Below, piece by piece: positions 39,707 through 51,406 of a stretch of 64,000 nucleotides of DNA; the stretch's first letter is position 1; the number at the start of each line of letters is the position of its first letter. The translations under genes were made by a program, and so were the position numbers. The notes under the pieces were generated by a model. It was given only the letters and a program-made list of their open reading frames with translations. It did no database searches and had not been told where the DNA came from. The DNA comes from Bacillota bacterium (GTDB lineage: Bacteria > Bacillota > SHA-98 > UBA4971). The stretch spans positions 102,093 through 166,092 of the forward strand of contig JAAYXB010000027.1 in the NCBI GenBank assembly GCA_012516125.1. The letters are read 5' to 3'.

Positions 39707-39810
39707 GCCTCCCTGCCGGGTGCGCGCCGGCAGGGAGGCACTGTATACACCGTACAGTTCGCCTGTCTCCCTCCCCTTCCGGCCTCGCTGGACCAGCTTA
39801 AAGGGGTTCC
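39707..39810 (-). promoter_or_regulatory. second PyrR attenuator between pyrR and pyrB
   Basis: RNA motif CCUUUAAGCUGGUCCAGCGAGGCCGGAAGGGGAGG (plus 39775-39810) is nearly identical to the leader PyrR box. It is followed by a perfect 13-bp stem hairpin GCCUCCCUGCCGG-CGCGCA-CCGGCAGGGAGGC (plus 39707-39739), then UUUCGCUGU, then the pyrB RBS. Confidence 0.6.
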
Positions 39811-39857
39811 TTCTGCCCATCTAACCAGAGCTCAGGTGGAACGTCGCAAGTTTACGC

Positions 39858-40536
<679 letters not shown>

Positions 40537-40626
40537 GTCTTCTTTGTCATAGAGACTACCAATTCAGCCGGGGCTTGTCAATACCCGGCTGCCCGGGAGC
40601 GGGTATTCTCCTTTACGACCCCGCTT

Positions 40627-41589
40627 TTACCTGACCTTCGCCGGCCCGGGCTGCTTCGTTCTGGCCGCCGCGGCCTGGCGCTGCTGCCTCGCCCTGTCCC
40701 ACATGCGCCATTCAAGCCATATGGGGCTGGCTATGAATATCGACGAGTACGTGCCGGTCATAAGGCCAATGATGAGCGCAAGGCTGAAGTCCCTGATGCT
40801 GGCCCCACCGAAGAAGAACAGCGCAAACACGGCGAGGAGCGTCGTTATCACGGTGTTCAACGATCTCGTCATCGTCTGCAGTATGCTCTTGTTGGTAAGC
40901 TCCTCCAGGGTCTCCTTCTTCCGGAGCCTGAGGTTCTCGCGTATCTTGTCGAATATGATTATGGTGTCGTTGATGGAATACCCGATGATCGTGAGCACCG
41001 CCGCGATGAAGGGGCTGTTCACCTGCCTGCCCATGAGGGCGAACGCCCCCAGTACGATTATAACGTCGTGTATGAGCGCGAGGATCGCCGCCACCGCGAA
41101 CCTGAACTCGAATCGAAGAGACACGTATATCACTATTCCGACGCACGCTATCACGACCGCCATGAGGGCCCGCCCCAGGAGTTCCCTCCCGATGACTCCC
41201 TCAACCATCTGGGATTCGATGACGCTGACCTGGCCTATCTTCTGGGACAAAGCCGCCACGATTCGCCCGACCTGCTCATCGTTGAGAGGTCGCCCGCCGA
41301 CCTGCGCCCTCACCTGCACGTCGCAGGTTCCCCGTATGGGCTGGATCACAGCTTTCCGGAGGTCCAAGTCTGCAAGCTCCCTGCTCGTGAGCACTTTGGA
41401 AACCTCACTGGCTGTGACGGGCCTTTCGAACCTGAGCCTGAGGAGCGACCCGCCGGTGAAGTCAACCCCGAGGTTCAGGCCGCGCGCGAGGAGCGCGATG
41501 ATCCCGATAGCCACAAGTATCCCTGATATGGCAAGGAACATGCGCCTCTTGCCGATTATGTCCACGGTTTCAACCTCCTTACGCGCCAA
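40627..41589 (-). CDS. secF: protein translocase subunit SecF
   Basis: SecF N-terminus (FLAISGILVAIGIIALLARGLNLGVDFTGGS) plus the SecD/SecF C-terminal membrane domain. Short Gln/Ala-rich C-terminal tail. Confidence 0.85.
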   Translation of the reverse strand: MARKEVETVDIIGKRRMFLAISGILVAIGIIALLARGLNLGVDFTGGSLLRLRFERPVTASEVSKVLTSRELADLDLRKAVIQPIRGTCDVQVRAQVGGRPLNDEQVGRIVAALSQKIGQVSVIESQMVEGVIGRELLGRALMAVVIACVGIVIYVSLRFEFRFAVAAILALIHDVIIVLGAFALMGRQVNSPFIAAVLTIIGYSINDTIIIFDKIRENLRLRKKETLEELTNKSILQTMTRSLNTVITTLLAVFALFFFGGASIRDFSLALIIGLMTGTYSSIFIASPIWLEWRMWDRARQQRQAAAARTKQPGPAKVR

Positions 41590-42772
41590 AGTACTTTGCG
41601 TATCTCTCGGGGTTCCGGTCCACCACGGCGGTTATGAGAACTCTCGTCACAACTATCGCCGTGAACATGCTGGCGAGAATGCCGAGCCCAAGGGTCACCG
41701 CGAAGCCTCTCACAGCGCCCGTCCCGTAGATATACAGCACACCGGCGGTGATAAGCGTGGTCACGTTGGAATCGAGTATACACCCGAAAGCCCGCGCGAA
41801 CCCCGCCTCGATGGCCGCCCGCAGGCGCTTTCCGCCCCGCATCTCTTCCTTGATTCTCTCGAAGATGATCACGTTGGCGTCAACAGCCATGCCTACCGAG
41901 AGGATGAGACCCGCAATGCCGGGTAGCGTCAGCACTGCATGAATGCTCGCCAGCACCGCCAGGACGATGAGACCGTATACGCCGAGCGCAATATCGGCCA
42001 TGACCCCAGGCAGCCTGTAGACTGCCAGCATGAACAGGACCACAAGGCCTGCGCCTATGATCGCAGCGACCTTGCTCTGGTCGATGGACTCTTTCCCGAG
42101 TATCGGCTCCAGCACCTCGCTGTGCAAGAGGTCGAGGGGCACCGGGAGGGCGCCTGCGCGAAGCATCATGGAGAGGTCCTTGGCTCTCTCCATGCTACCA
42201 ATACCGGTGATCTGGCCCTTGTCCTTTATGACGCTCTGCACCACGGGCGCCGACAGAAGTTCCTGGTCGAGGTATATGGAGATCGGGCGGCCGATGTTCT
42301 CGCGGGTTGCCTTCTCGAACTTCCTCGCGCCTTCGCTAGTCAGCTCGAAGTGGACCGCAGGGCGCCCGTACTCATCAGGGCCGGCCGTAGCGTTCTTCAG
42401 GTCGTTACCGGTCATGATGACATTGCCCTGCTCATCCTTGAACTCGAGCTGCGCGGTCCTCCCGATGATCTCCCTGGCCCTGTGCGGGTCCTTGACCCCG
42501 GCCAGCTCGACGACAATACGCTTTGCCCCCTGCCGGTAGATCACCGGCTCGGCCACGCCAAGCTGGTTGACTCTTCTTTCGATGACTTCCTTGGCACGCA
42601 CCACAGCATCCTCGTCGGCCTTCACCGTGTCGGTATCCCTCGCCTCGAGTACCATGCGGGTGCCACCGCGAAGGTCAAGGCCGAGGTTCATGGGAAGCTT
42701 GTAGATGGCCAGGGCACATGCGACAACTAAGATGGCGATGCCGACAAGCCTCCAGAGGGTTCCTGGCCTCAT
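41579..42772 (-). CDS. secD: protein translocase subunit SecD
   Basis: MRPGTLWRLVGIAILVVACALAIYKLPMNLGLDLRGGTRMVLEA..., SecD periplasmic domain and a C-terminal 6-TM bundle. Start at ATG 42772 with AAAGGAGG upstream; the track start at 42814 would translate the RBS. Confidence 0.85.
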   Translation of the reverse strand: MRPGTLWRLVGIAILVVACALAIYKLPMNLGLDLRGGTRMVLEARDTDTVKADEDAVVRAKEVIERRVNQLGVAEPVIYRQGAKRIVVELAGVKDPHRAREIIGRTAQLEFKDEQGNVIMTGNDLKNATAGPDEYGRPAVHFELTSEGARKFEKATRENIGRPISIYLDQELLSAPVVQSVIKDKGQITGIGSMERAKDLSMMLRAGALPVPLDLLHSEVLEPILGKESIDQSKVAAIIGAGLVVLFMLAVYRLPGVMADIALGVYGLIVLAVLASIHAVLTLPGIAGLILSVGMAVDANVIIFERIKEEMRGGKRLRAAIEAGFARAFGCILDSNVTTLITAGVLYIYGTGAVRGFAVTLGLGILASMFTAIVVTRVLITAVVDRNPERYAKYFGA

Positions 42773-42880
42773 GAATCCGGTTCCTCCTTTGCCCGCCCAA
42801 ACTGACACAACCACATTATATGAGTTGAGTTGGGGCTTGTCAACGAAACCGGCGGCCCCGCGAATTGTTGCTGCCCCGCC

Positions 42881-43543
42881 TTACAGCAGCTTGGCGCCGT
42901 TTATCTGCAGCTTGAAGTGACAGCGCAGAAACTGAGCGGCTCGCCTGCACATCACCATCCTTGTCAGGAATATCTCAAAGTAGTCCATGACTGGCGATAT
43001 CTCAGTGTCGATCTTCAGCTCGAGCGTGACGGTGCGGGCGTGGGCGTCTACTCTGATGAACGACCGGAGCACGGCGTAGTTGACGCGATCGTGGATCTCG
43101 AATGTGGCTGGGTCGGCGTTTCGCACCCTCGACCGGTGTACGTCGGACTTGTCGGCCAGGATGAGGGCCGCAGCCACGTTGTTCACCGCCTGCCCCACCT
43201 GCTCTTCGTGATTGCCTATGGCACCGGCGACGGTCGCTACCTCGGAAGGGTCCATCCCTGCCTTGAGAAGGATCATGGTAGCCAGCGCGGCCCCCACCGA
43301 CCCGTGGTGGTCGCGCCCAGCCATGTTGCCGATGTCATGCATGTACCCGGCGATCGCGGCAAGCTCCGCCTCCCTTTCGGGATGCCCGAGCCTTTCGAGA
43401 ATGTTCCGCGCTATCGTGGAAACCAGCGACGCATGTCGCACCCCATGCTCAGTGAAGCCCATGACGCCGAGGTGCTCGTTGGCTTTCTCCACGAAGACCC
43501 CCACCTCTGTTATCTTCCTCACATCGTCAAGCACAAGGGCCAT
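42881..43543 (-). CDS. HD-domain metal-dependent phosphohydrolase
   Basis: H...HD motif region (GVRHASLVSTIARNIL...AAIAGYMHDIGNMAGRDHHGSVGAA), about 220 aa, no other domain. Confidence 0.6.
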   Translation of the reverse strand: MALVLDDVRKITEVGVFVEKANEHLGVMGFTEHGVRHASLVSTIARNILERLGHPEREAELAAIAGYMHDIGNMAGRDHHGSVGAALATMILLKAGMDPSEVATVAGAIGNHEEQVGQAVNNVAAALILADKSDVHRSRVRNADPATFEIHDRVNYAVLRSFIRVDAHARTVTLELKIDTEISPVMDYFEIFLTRMVMCRRAAQFLRCHFKLQINGAKLL

Positions 43544-44051
43544 TCTCCTGCCTCCCGTTCCCAGGGACTATCCGGGTCATCCCGAAATCAGGCGCCAGCT
43601 TGGAGATACATGAAACCGCAGGCCCACACAAGGTGTGTTTGCGAGCGGGTGCAGACGGTCGTCATGGCCGCCAAGGAATAGCATGCCGGAGGCCGCGCGC
43701 CGGTATGCCGCCGGTGTGCCGCCAAGCGAGGGTGGGTTAACTCTCGTCCGTTCGACGCCCCGACGCAGCCGCCTTCGGGCAAGCCGCAAGCTACTGCGCG
43801 ACTGTGCAGTCATGCGGCGGACGATCCGCCGTTCATCCGCTGATTATGCGGCCTACAATTCGCTACCAGCTGGCCAATCCTCCAGCGACTGGTTCGCCGA
43901 AAATCGGGTGACTTGCCGACGTGCGGTTCGCCAGTGAGTAGATGATTGTGCGCGCCAATGCTCTACCCATCCGCTGTTTCGCCAGCAAACGACTCGCACA
44001 CGCCCGGCTGGCACCCGCTCGGCCGATCATGCACAGGACGATCAAAAGCCG

Positions 44052-44253
44052 CTCAGTGAGGGTGCAGAAATGCTCCCGAGCTTTGGGAGGGGTTGCCGAT
44101 GATTGCACGAGGGGTGTCAAAATCCGGCTGCCTAGCCAGACGGGCCGGATTTTGGCGAAGCGCGCCCCGCTTGGGGCGCCGTCCCCGAGCGCAACACCGG
44201 CAACCCGGCAACTACTGGAAGAGGGGCGAGAACTAACGCACCCTTACTTCGAG
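44052..44253 (+). repeat. MITE-like structured repeat, copy A (long form)
   Basis: Begins CTCAGTGAGGGTGCA and ends GCACCCTTACTTCGAG (degenerate TIRs). Core TTTGGGAGGGGTTGCCGATGATTGCACGAGGGGTGTCAAAATCCGGCTGCCTAGCCAGACGGGCCGGATTTTGG...CAACACCGGCAACCCGGCAACTACTGGAAGAGGGGCGAG is about 90% identical to copy B. Confidence 0.75.
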
Positions 44254-44419
44254 GATAAGCCAGGGGACAGACCGCTTGGCTGATCGTGCGTGGGACGATC
44301 GTCAGCCTTTGACTGTCGCAGGATGTGACGCAACACCTCGCGGGGACATAGACTGTATCGGGAAGTAAAGGATCTTCCCCCCAGCGAGCGGCAAGTCTCC
44401 GAAATCTGGAGGGAGGGAG

Positions 44420-44641
44420 ATGGCGGAGCCTCTGGCTGTAGGTGATTTCGTCACCAGGAAGTCTTATGATGGTGACGTCGTCTTCAAGGTCGTCGCCGTC
44501 GAGGGCGATAGCGTCCTGCTACGCGGCGTCCTGCTCAGGATCATGGCAGATGCCCCTACAAGCGACGTTGTGAAGGTCGAGCCGGAGCGTGCCCTCCTGG
44601 CACTGCGCTCTCTCGAACGCTTTGAAAGGAAAACAGGCTAA
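44420..44641 (+). CDS. small hypothetical protein (73 aa; possible SH3/KOW-like beta-barrel)
   Basis: Strong RBS GGAGGGAG 5 nt before the ATG. One of only four plus-strand genes in the window. Pattern VGDFVTRKSYDGDVVFKVVAVEGDSVLL resembles small Bacillus beta-barrel proteins (YkvS/DUF2187-like), from memory. Flanked by repeat copies A and B; its stop lies in the copy B TIR. Confidence 0.4.
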   Translation: MAEPLAVGDFVTRKSYDGDVVFKVVAVEGDSVLLRGVLLRIMADAPTSDVVKVEPERALLALRSLERFERKTG

Positions 44642-44835
44642 GTGGGGGTGCAAAAATGCTCCCGACTTTTGGGAGGGGTTGCCGGTGATTGCACGAGGGG
44701 TGTCAAAATCCGGCTGCCTAGCCGGACGGGCCGGATTTTGTCAAGACGCCCCGCTTGGGGCGCCGTCCCCGAGCGCAACACCGGCAACCCGGCAACTACT
44801 GGAAGAGGGGCGAGGACTAATGCACCTTCACTTAG
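44638..44835 (+). repeat. MITE-like structured repeat, copy B (long form)
   Basis: TIRs CTAAGTGGGGGTGCA...TGCACCTTCACTTAG. Internal nested inverted repeats: GGTTGCCGGTG/CACCGGCAACC, CAAAATCCGGC/GCCGGATTTTG and CGCCCC-GCTT-GGGGCG. The left TIR supplies the TAA stop of ORF 44420-44641. Confidence 0.8.
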
Positions 44836-44872
44836 GACCGCAAGTAGCGCCAGGAAAGGAGTGGTTTGAGGC

Positions 44873-45196
44873 ATGCGGACCATTACCAGAGAAGAGCTTA
44901 TGCAACTCGAACAGTACATTAAGACGCTTCCACCTCAGGACAAAGAGCCGCAGGTCCTCGCGAGCCCGCAGCAGCTCACGTTCGTCCTTGCAAGGGCCAC
45001 ATGGTTCAGGCAGCAGGCCCCCGAGGGCAGCAGAGTTCTCTGGATCGCTTCCACTGATTCAGGATACGTTACGAGGACGGTGAGCGAGGACTTCGTGGCA
45101 AACTGGGGCTCAGTGATCATGGCCGCGGATCAATTGTGGCTGGGCGTCGATGCAAACTCCGTCATCATGCTGTGGCAGCCCGGGGCGACTTTCTAG
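44873..45196 (+). CDS. hypothetical protein (107 aa)
   Basis: RBS AGGAAAGGAG 8 nt before the ATG. No recognisable motif (MRTITREELMQLEQYIKTLPPQDKEPQVLASPQQLTFVLARATWFRQQAPEGSRVLWIAS...). Lies between repeat copies B and C. Confidence 0.35.
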   Translation: MRTITREELMQLEQYIKTLPPQDKEPQVLASPQQLTFVLARATWFRQQAPEGSRVLWIASTDSGYVTRTVSEDFVANWGSVIMAADQLWLGVDANSVIMLWQPGATF

Positions 45197-45294
45197 GCGT
45201 TGGGTTGGAGGGCTCGCGACAGGGCGTGCGGGCAGGCACACAAAATCAGGTGACCCCCGGGAAACGGGCGACCTTTCCCGGGGGATTACCGAAT

Positions 45295-45382
45295 TAAGTG
45301 AAGGTGCACAAATGCATCCAACCCATGGGAGGGATCGCCGGTGACTCGGCCGGTGACCAGGACCTCACGCACCCTCACTTAG
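45295..45382 (+). repeat. MITE-like repeat, copy C (short, degenerate)
   Basis: TTAAGTGAAGGTGCAC ... GGGAGGGATCGCCGGTGACTCGGCCGGTGACC ... GCACCCTCACTTAG. Same TIRs with the internal region reduced to about 60 bp. Ends 21 bp before the stop of the lipoprotein gene. Confidence 0.6.
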
Positions 45383-45403
45383 GCGCCTCAGTGGGGCGCG
45401 TGC

Positions 45404-46192
45404 CTACCGTGAGATCGCGAACTGCTTGCTCACGCCGTACGGGATGTAGAGCACCCACTTGAGGCCTTCGAGGGTCGGGTCAGCAGCGAAGTCCTTTGTG
45501 AACTTAGGGAAGATCAAGAACCCTCTTTTCCACGATCTCGCTGCCACCGGACCGTCGATATCATTCTTCACCGGGACCGGATAATAGTAGGTCTTTGCGA
45601 TCTTCGCGGTCTCAACAGTATAGTAGGCCTCGAGCTGAGGGTATATCGACACCTCGTGGTCGAGCGTGTTCTCTATCAGGATATCGAACTTGATTTCCGC
45701 GGGAAGCTCCAGAAGGGCGAGAACGGTCACGCGGACGCCGTCGACCTCGCAGGGTTCCTTGAACATGACCCCCGGAAGGAAGCTGTCCGAAGCCCATCCG
45801 CGCCCACGCCTGCCATCGTCCACTATAGACCATCTGCCGTCGCCGGACTTTTGCGCTTTCACGTACCTGACACCGAAGTTGCCGTCGCCGTCCTTGAACA
45901 CGACTTTCACAAGGTGGTAGTCGGCGAAGGTCGCGCTCTCGCAAGACACCAGGGCAGGAACGCCCGAGCGCTTCTCCCCCGTAGCGCTTGTGTATTCCAC
46001 CCAGGACCTTGCCGCACCTGCTGCAAGTTTAATGGCCTCGGAATACTCACCCGATTCCATCGCAGTCACGTAGCGCACCGCGAGTTCCTGTGCATCCTTC
46101 GCGTCGTCGGCAAGAGCGGGACACGCTCGAACCATGGCGAGAACCAGCGCCAGCAACGACAGCGCGAACAGAACGGGCAGCTTCTTTGACAT
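45404..46192 (-). CDS. secreted/lipoprotein of unknown function
   Basis: MSKKLPVLFALSLLALVLAMVRAC is a signal peptide with a possible lipobox Cys. About 260 aa mature protein, no recognised catalytic motif. Start at ATG 46192. Confidence 0.5.
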   Translation of the reverse strand: MSKKLPVLFALSLLALVLAMVRACPALADDAKDAQELAVRYVTAMESGEYSEAIKLAAGAARSWVEYTSATGEKRSGVPALVSCESATFADYHLVKVVFKDGDGNFGVRYVKAQKSGDGRWSIVDDGRRGRGWASDSFLPGVMFKEPCEVDGVRVTVLALLELPAEIKFDILIENTLDHEVSIYPQLEAYYTVETAKIAKTYYYPVPVKNDIDGPVAARSWKRGFLIFPKFTKDFAADPTLEGLKWVLYIPYGVSKQFAISR

Positions 46193-46270
46193 ACCGCTCC
46201 CTCCCCAGCGTCCCCACGGCACACCTGGTATGTTGCACTGTGAAACCCGGACGGCCCGGCAGGCATCTCG

Positions 46271-46597
46271 TCACTGCCCTGCGAGCTCCGGCTCCTTGTC
46301 CTTCGCGGACTCGCCCTTGCCCAGCACGGCGCCGACAGCCGCCCGCGTGGTCTTTATGCGGACCTTATCTGCTATTTCAAGTACCAGCGAGTCTTCCTTC
46401 ACATCCACGATCTGACCATATATCCCGCCTACGGTGATAACATGGTTCCCCTTGCGCAGAGAGTTCAGCATCTCCCGTCTCTTCTTCTGCTGAATCTGCT
46501 GGGGTCTGATGAGGAAGAAGTAGAACACGGCGAACATGAGCGCGAACATCAGAAGACTCGAGACAAGCGACCCTTGCTGTGCCGGCATCGACTTCAC
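46271..46597 (-). CDS. yajC: preprotein translocase subunit YajC
   Basis: Single TM (LVSSLLMFALMFAVFYFFLIRPQQ) plus GDxV(I)TxGGI(Y)G motif (GNHVITVGGIYGQIVDV). Position before tgt as in Bacillus. Confidence 0.8.
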   Translation of the reverse strand: MKSMPAQQGSLVSSLLMFALMFAVFYFFLIRPQQIQQKKRREMLNSLRKGNHVITVGGIYGQIVDVKEDSLVLEIADKVRIKTTRAAVGAVLGKGESAKDKEPELAGQ

Positions 46598-46626
46598 CCC
46601 TGCCTTGTGGTTTTTTCAGCGACGTC

Positions 46627-48876
<2,250 letters not shown>

Positions 48877-48880
<4 letters not shown>

Positions 48881-49299
48881 TCCTCGCGGGCGCCTCCTCC
48901 GGACGTACGGGACATGTCAGCCCCTGTAAAGGCGCCCGGGAGCAGGTCGGCCGCCGCAACCACCCTGACGTTCCCTTTGAGGTTCGCCATGATAACCTGG
49001 ATATCGGGCCCGAATTCGGCCAGGACCTGCCTGCATATGCCGCACGGCGCGCATGGCCCTTCGGTATCTCCGACGACCGCGATCGCCGAAAACTCTCGCT
49101 CGCCCTCGGACACCGCTTTGGCGACGGCACAGCGTTCGGCGCAGATGCCCGCCGGATACGACGCGTTCTCAACGTTACAACCTGTGTACACCCGCCCGCT
49201 TCGTCCGAGGAGCGCGGCTCCCACCGGAAAGTGTGAGTACGGGGCATACGCCCGCTTCCTCGCACCCTTCGCAAGCTCGATCAACCTGGCATGATCCAT
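48877..49299 (-). CDS. cdd: cytidine deaminase
   Basis: CAERCAV and PCGICRQV zinc-binding motifs; about 130-aa homotetrameric CDA type. Confidence 0.9.
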
Positions 49300-49319
49300 T
49301 CCAACACCTCCGAACCTCT

Positions 49320-50186
49320 TTAGCGTCTCTTGTATGCCCCCAGGGTCACCGTGCTCTCCTCTCTCACCTCGAGCTTCTTCCCATCACGCGCGAACCTCGC
49401 GCTGACCTCCGAGAGCGCGCGCCTGAGCGCCTGTGGGTCGCCCACAGCCTCGATGACCACGGGGTTCACGGGAATAGGCTGCTGGTTCACAAGGATGACG
49501 GGACCTGCGCATCTTACCGACGACTGCGCGATGATGCGCTGCCCGCCCACCTCGGCCCCTCTCGCCCCGGAATAGAACAGGAGGTTAAGGATCTCCTTGA
49601 TGTCCCTCTCATGGACGATCTCGCGGCTCCGGTAGCCGTCCTGCGCGTCGTAGGCGCGTACGACCACCCCTGGCCCGACGAGCTCCGCTGCGCCGGCAAC
49701 CTCTCTTAGCTTCGCAAGCGCCTCGCGCAGCGCCCTGACCTCCTCCTGCAGTCTCTGGATGTCCTGGTACGCCTGCTTCTCCTGCTCAGCCCTTGACCAC
49801 GAGGCGAAGCCTGCACGTGCGAAGCCAAGGGCCTCCTCTGCATCTCTGGCCTCTACGCAAAGCGCCCTGGCAACCTCGGCAGGGCTTGCGGCAAGCCCGA
49901 TGGCAGCGTCGAGGCGCGAGAGCGCGTCCTTCACATACGGTACGTCCTGCACCCCGGCCTTGTCTGCGATGGAGCGGAGATGCAACGCCACCGCATACCC
50001 GCCCCGCCGCGCCATCTCCAGGTCGTCCATCTCCCCGGGAAAGCGAAAGAGCGACATCCTGCGGGCGAGGGCCACGCTGTCGAGGGCGAGAAGAAGGGCG
50101 GCACACACGAGAAGTAGACGCAGCGTGCGCTGTCGGGCCTCGCCCTGCTGCCGTCTCTCTGACCTCGAAGGCCCCCGGAGCGTCAA
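49320..50186 (-). CDS. DUF881 family protein (YlxW/YlxX-like)
   Basis: N-terminal TM plus coiled-coil; C-terminal GPGVVVRAYDAQDGY...QQPIPVNPVVIEAVGDP is the DUF881 signature. Confidence 0.7.
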   Translation of the reverse strand: MTLRGPSRSERRQQGEARQRTLRLLLVCAALLLALDSVALARRMSLFRFPGEMDDLEMARRGGYAVALHLRSIADKAGVQDVPYVKDALSRLDAAIGLAASPAEVARALCVEARDAEEALGFARAGFASWSRAEQEKQAYQDIQRLQEEVRALREALAKLREVAGAAELVGPGVVVRAYDAQDGYRSREIVHERDIKEILNLLFYSGARGAEVGGQRIIAQSSVRCAGPVILVNQQPIPVNPVVIEAVGDPQALRRALSEVSARFARDGKKLEVREESTVTLGAYKRR

Positions 50187-50189
50187 CGC

Positions 50190-51206
50190 CTACTGGCCCT
50201 CCTTTCGGAAAGCGCTCAACACAAGATTATCCTGTCTCTCGATCTCCACGCGTATGCCCCACGGTTTAAGGCTGTTCCGGATGAGCTCCAGGCTGCTCGC
50301 GAGAAGCTGAGGGTCTCCCACTGCGCGGATGACTACGGGGTTCACAGCAATGGGCTGCTGGTTCACGAGGAGCAGCGGGCCCGCGCTTCTTATCGACGAC
50401 GTAGCTACGAGCCTCTGGCCCCCTACCTCCACGCCCGACGCGCCTGCCGCGAACAGCTCGTTCACCATGTCCCTGATGTCTTTCTCCTGGACCACGTCCT
50501 CCCTCGAGTACCCGCCCGGGGCGTCGTAAACCCTGACGACGATACCCTGCCCCTCCAGCGGGCTGTAGCCTGCCGAGCGTCGCAGGCTCTCGAGCGCCGA
50601 GCGAAGGTTGTCGAGCTCCGCCTGGAGGAGCCTGAGAGCGTCCTGCGTCGTTCTGGGGGCTATCAGGGACGCCTTGCCGTTCAGGATCTCCACCTCTACA
50701 GGCCCGGACAGGCTCGCGAGGGTGGGCTCAGTCCGAAGCCTCGCCGTCGTCTCAGGCGAGAGGGCAAGGTCCTTTCCTTCCACTGTGACCTGGCCGTCCT
50801 TGCCCCGCGCCACCGTGATCACCGTCTTCCCGGTGACGCTCCTTATGGCCGGGTCCTGGCTTATTATCCACAGGACCAGCTCTCTTCGCTGGTTCTCCTC
50901 CTCGCGCGCGATGACGTCCTGCACCGCCCTGCCGTACGTCGTGATGGCCGACGCGATCTCTTCGCCGCTCACGGCCTGCTCTATCTCGAACTTGAACTTC
51001 GCGAGAGCGTCCCGCACAGCCGAGTTCCTGGCAAGGCCGGAATGCGCGCAGGTCGATTCGTAGTAGTTGGCAAGGGCTCTCGCCCCTCCGCGCACTATCT
51101 CGGTGTCGGTGATCTCCCCGGGAAACCTCAGGAGATCGAGCGACCGGGCCAGCATGGCCACATTCGCAGCCATGAGAAGAACAAGGAGCACTATGAGCGT
51201 CCTCAT
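50190..51206 (-). CDS. DUF881 family protein, tandem paralog
   Basis: GQGIVVRVYDAPGGYSREDVVQEKDIRDMVNELFAAGASGVEVGGQRLVATSSIRSAGPLLLVNQQPIAVNPVVIRAVGDP. Start at ATG 51206 (MRTLIVLLVLL TM). Confidence 0.7.
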   Translation of the reverse strand: MRTLIVLLVLLMAANVAMLARSLDLLRFPGEITDTEIVRGGARALANYYESTCAHSGLARNSAVRDALAKFKFEIEQAVSGEEIASAITTYGRAVQDVIAREEENQRRELVLWIISQDPAIRSVTGKTVITVARGKDGQVTVEGKDLALSPETTARLRTEPTLASLSGPVEVEILNGKASLIAPRTTQDALRLLQAELDNLRSALESLRRSAGYSPLEGQGIVVRVYDAPGGYSREDVVQEKDIRDMVNELFAAGASGVEVGGQRLVATSSIRSAGPLLLVNQQPIAVNPVVIRAVGDPQLLASSLELIRNSLKPWGIRVEIERQDNLVLSAFRKEGQ

Positions 51207-51406
51207 CCCAGCACCCGAAGGCTCTCGCACGCCAGAAACCTCCTCGTCCCGACTCGACCACATTATAGCAGAAAAGCCCCGCCGTATCCACAAGAGTCCA
51301 GAGCAACGCCACAAGGACTCCACGCCGCGGCGGCGTATAGTATGGACTAAGCGAAGGTGGGCGGTGGGCGGACGAGGGGCACCTCGGCCCGCCGGAAGGA
51401 GGACTT

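Noticed and set aside
43942-45083. ORF-track peptides sharing ...APLGAPSPSATPATRQLLEEGR... (43942-44283, 44589-45083, 52259-52510, 58225-58410, 32367-32567)
   Set aside because: The shared peptide is simply a translation of the repeat core (CAACACCGGCAACCCGGCAACTACTGGAAGAGGGG) in different copies. It is not a protein family.
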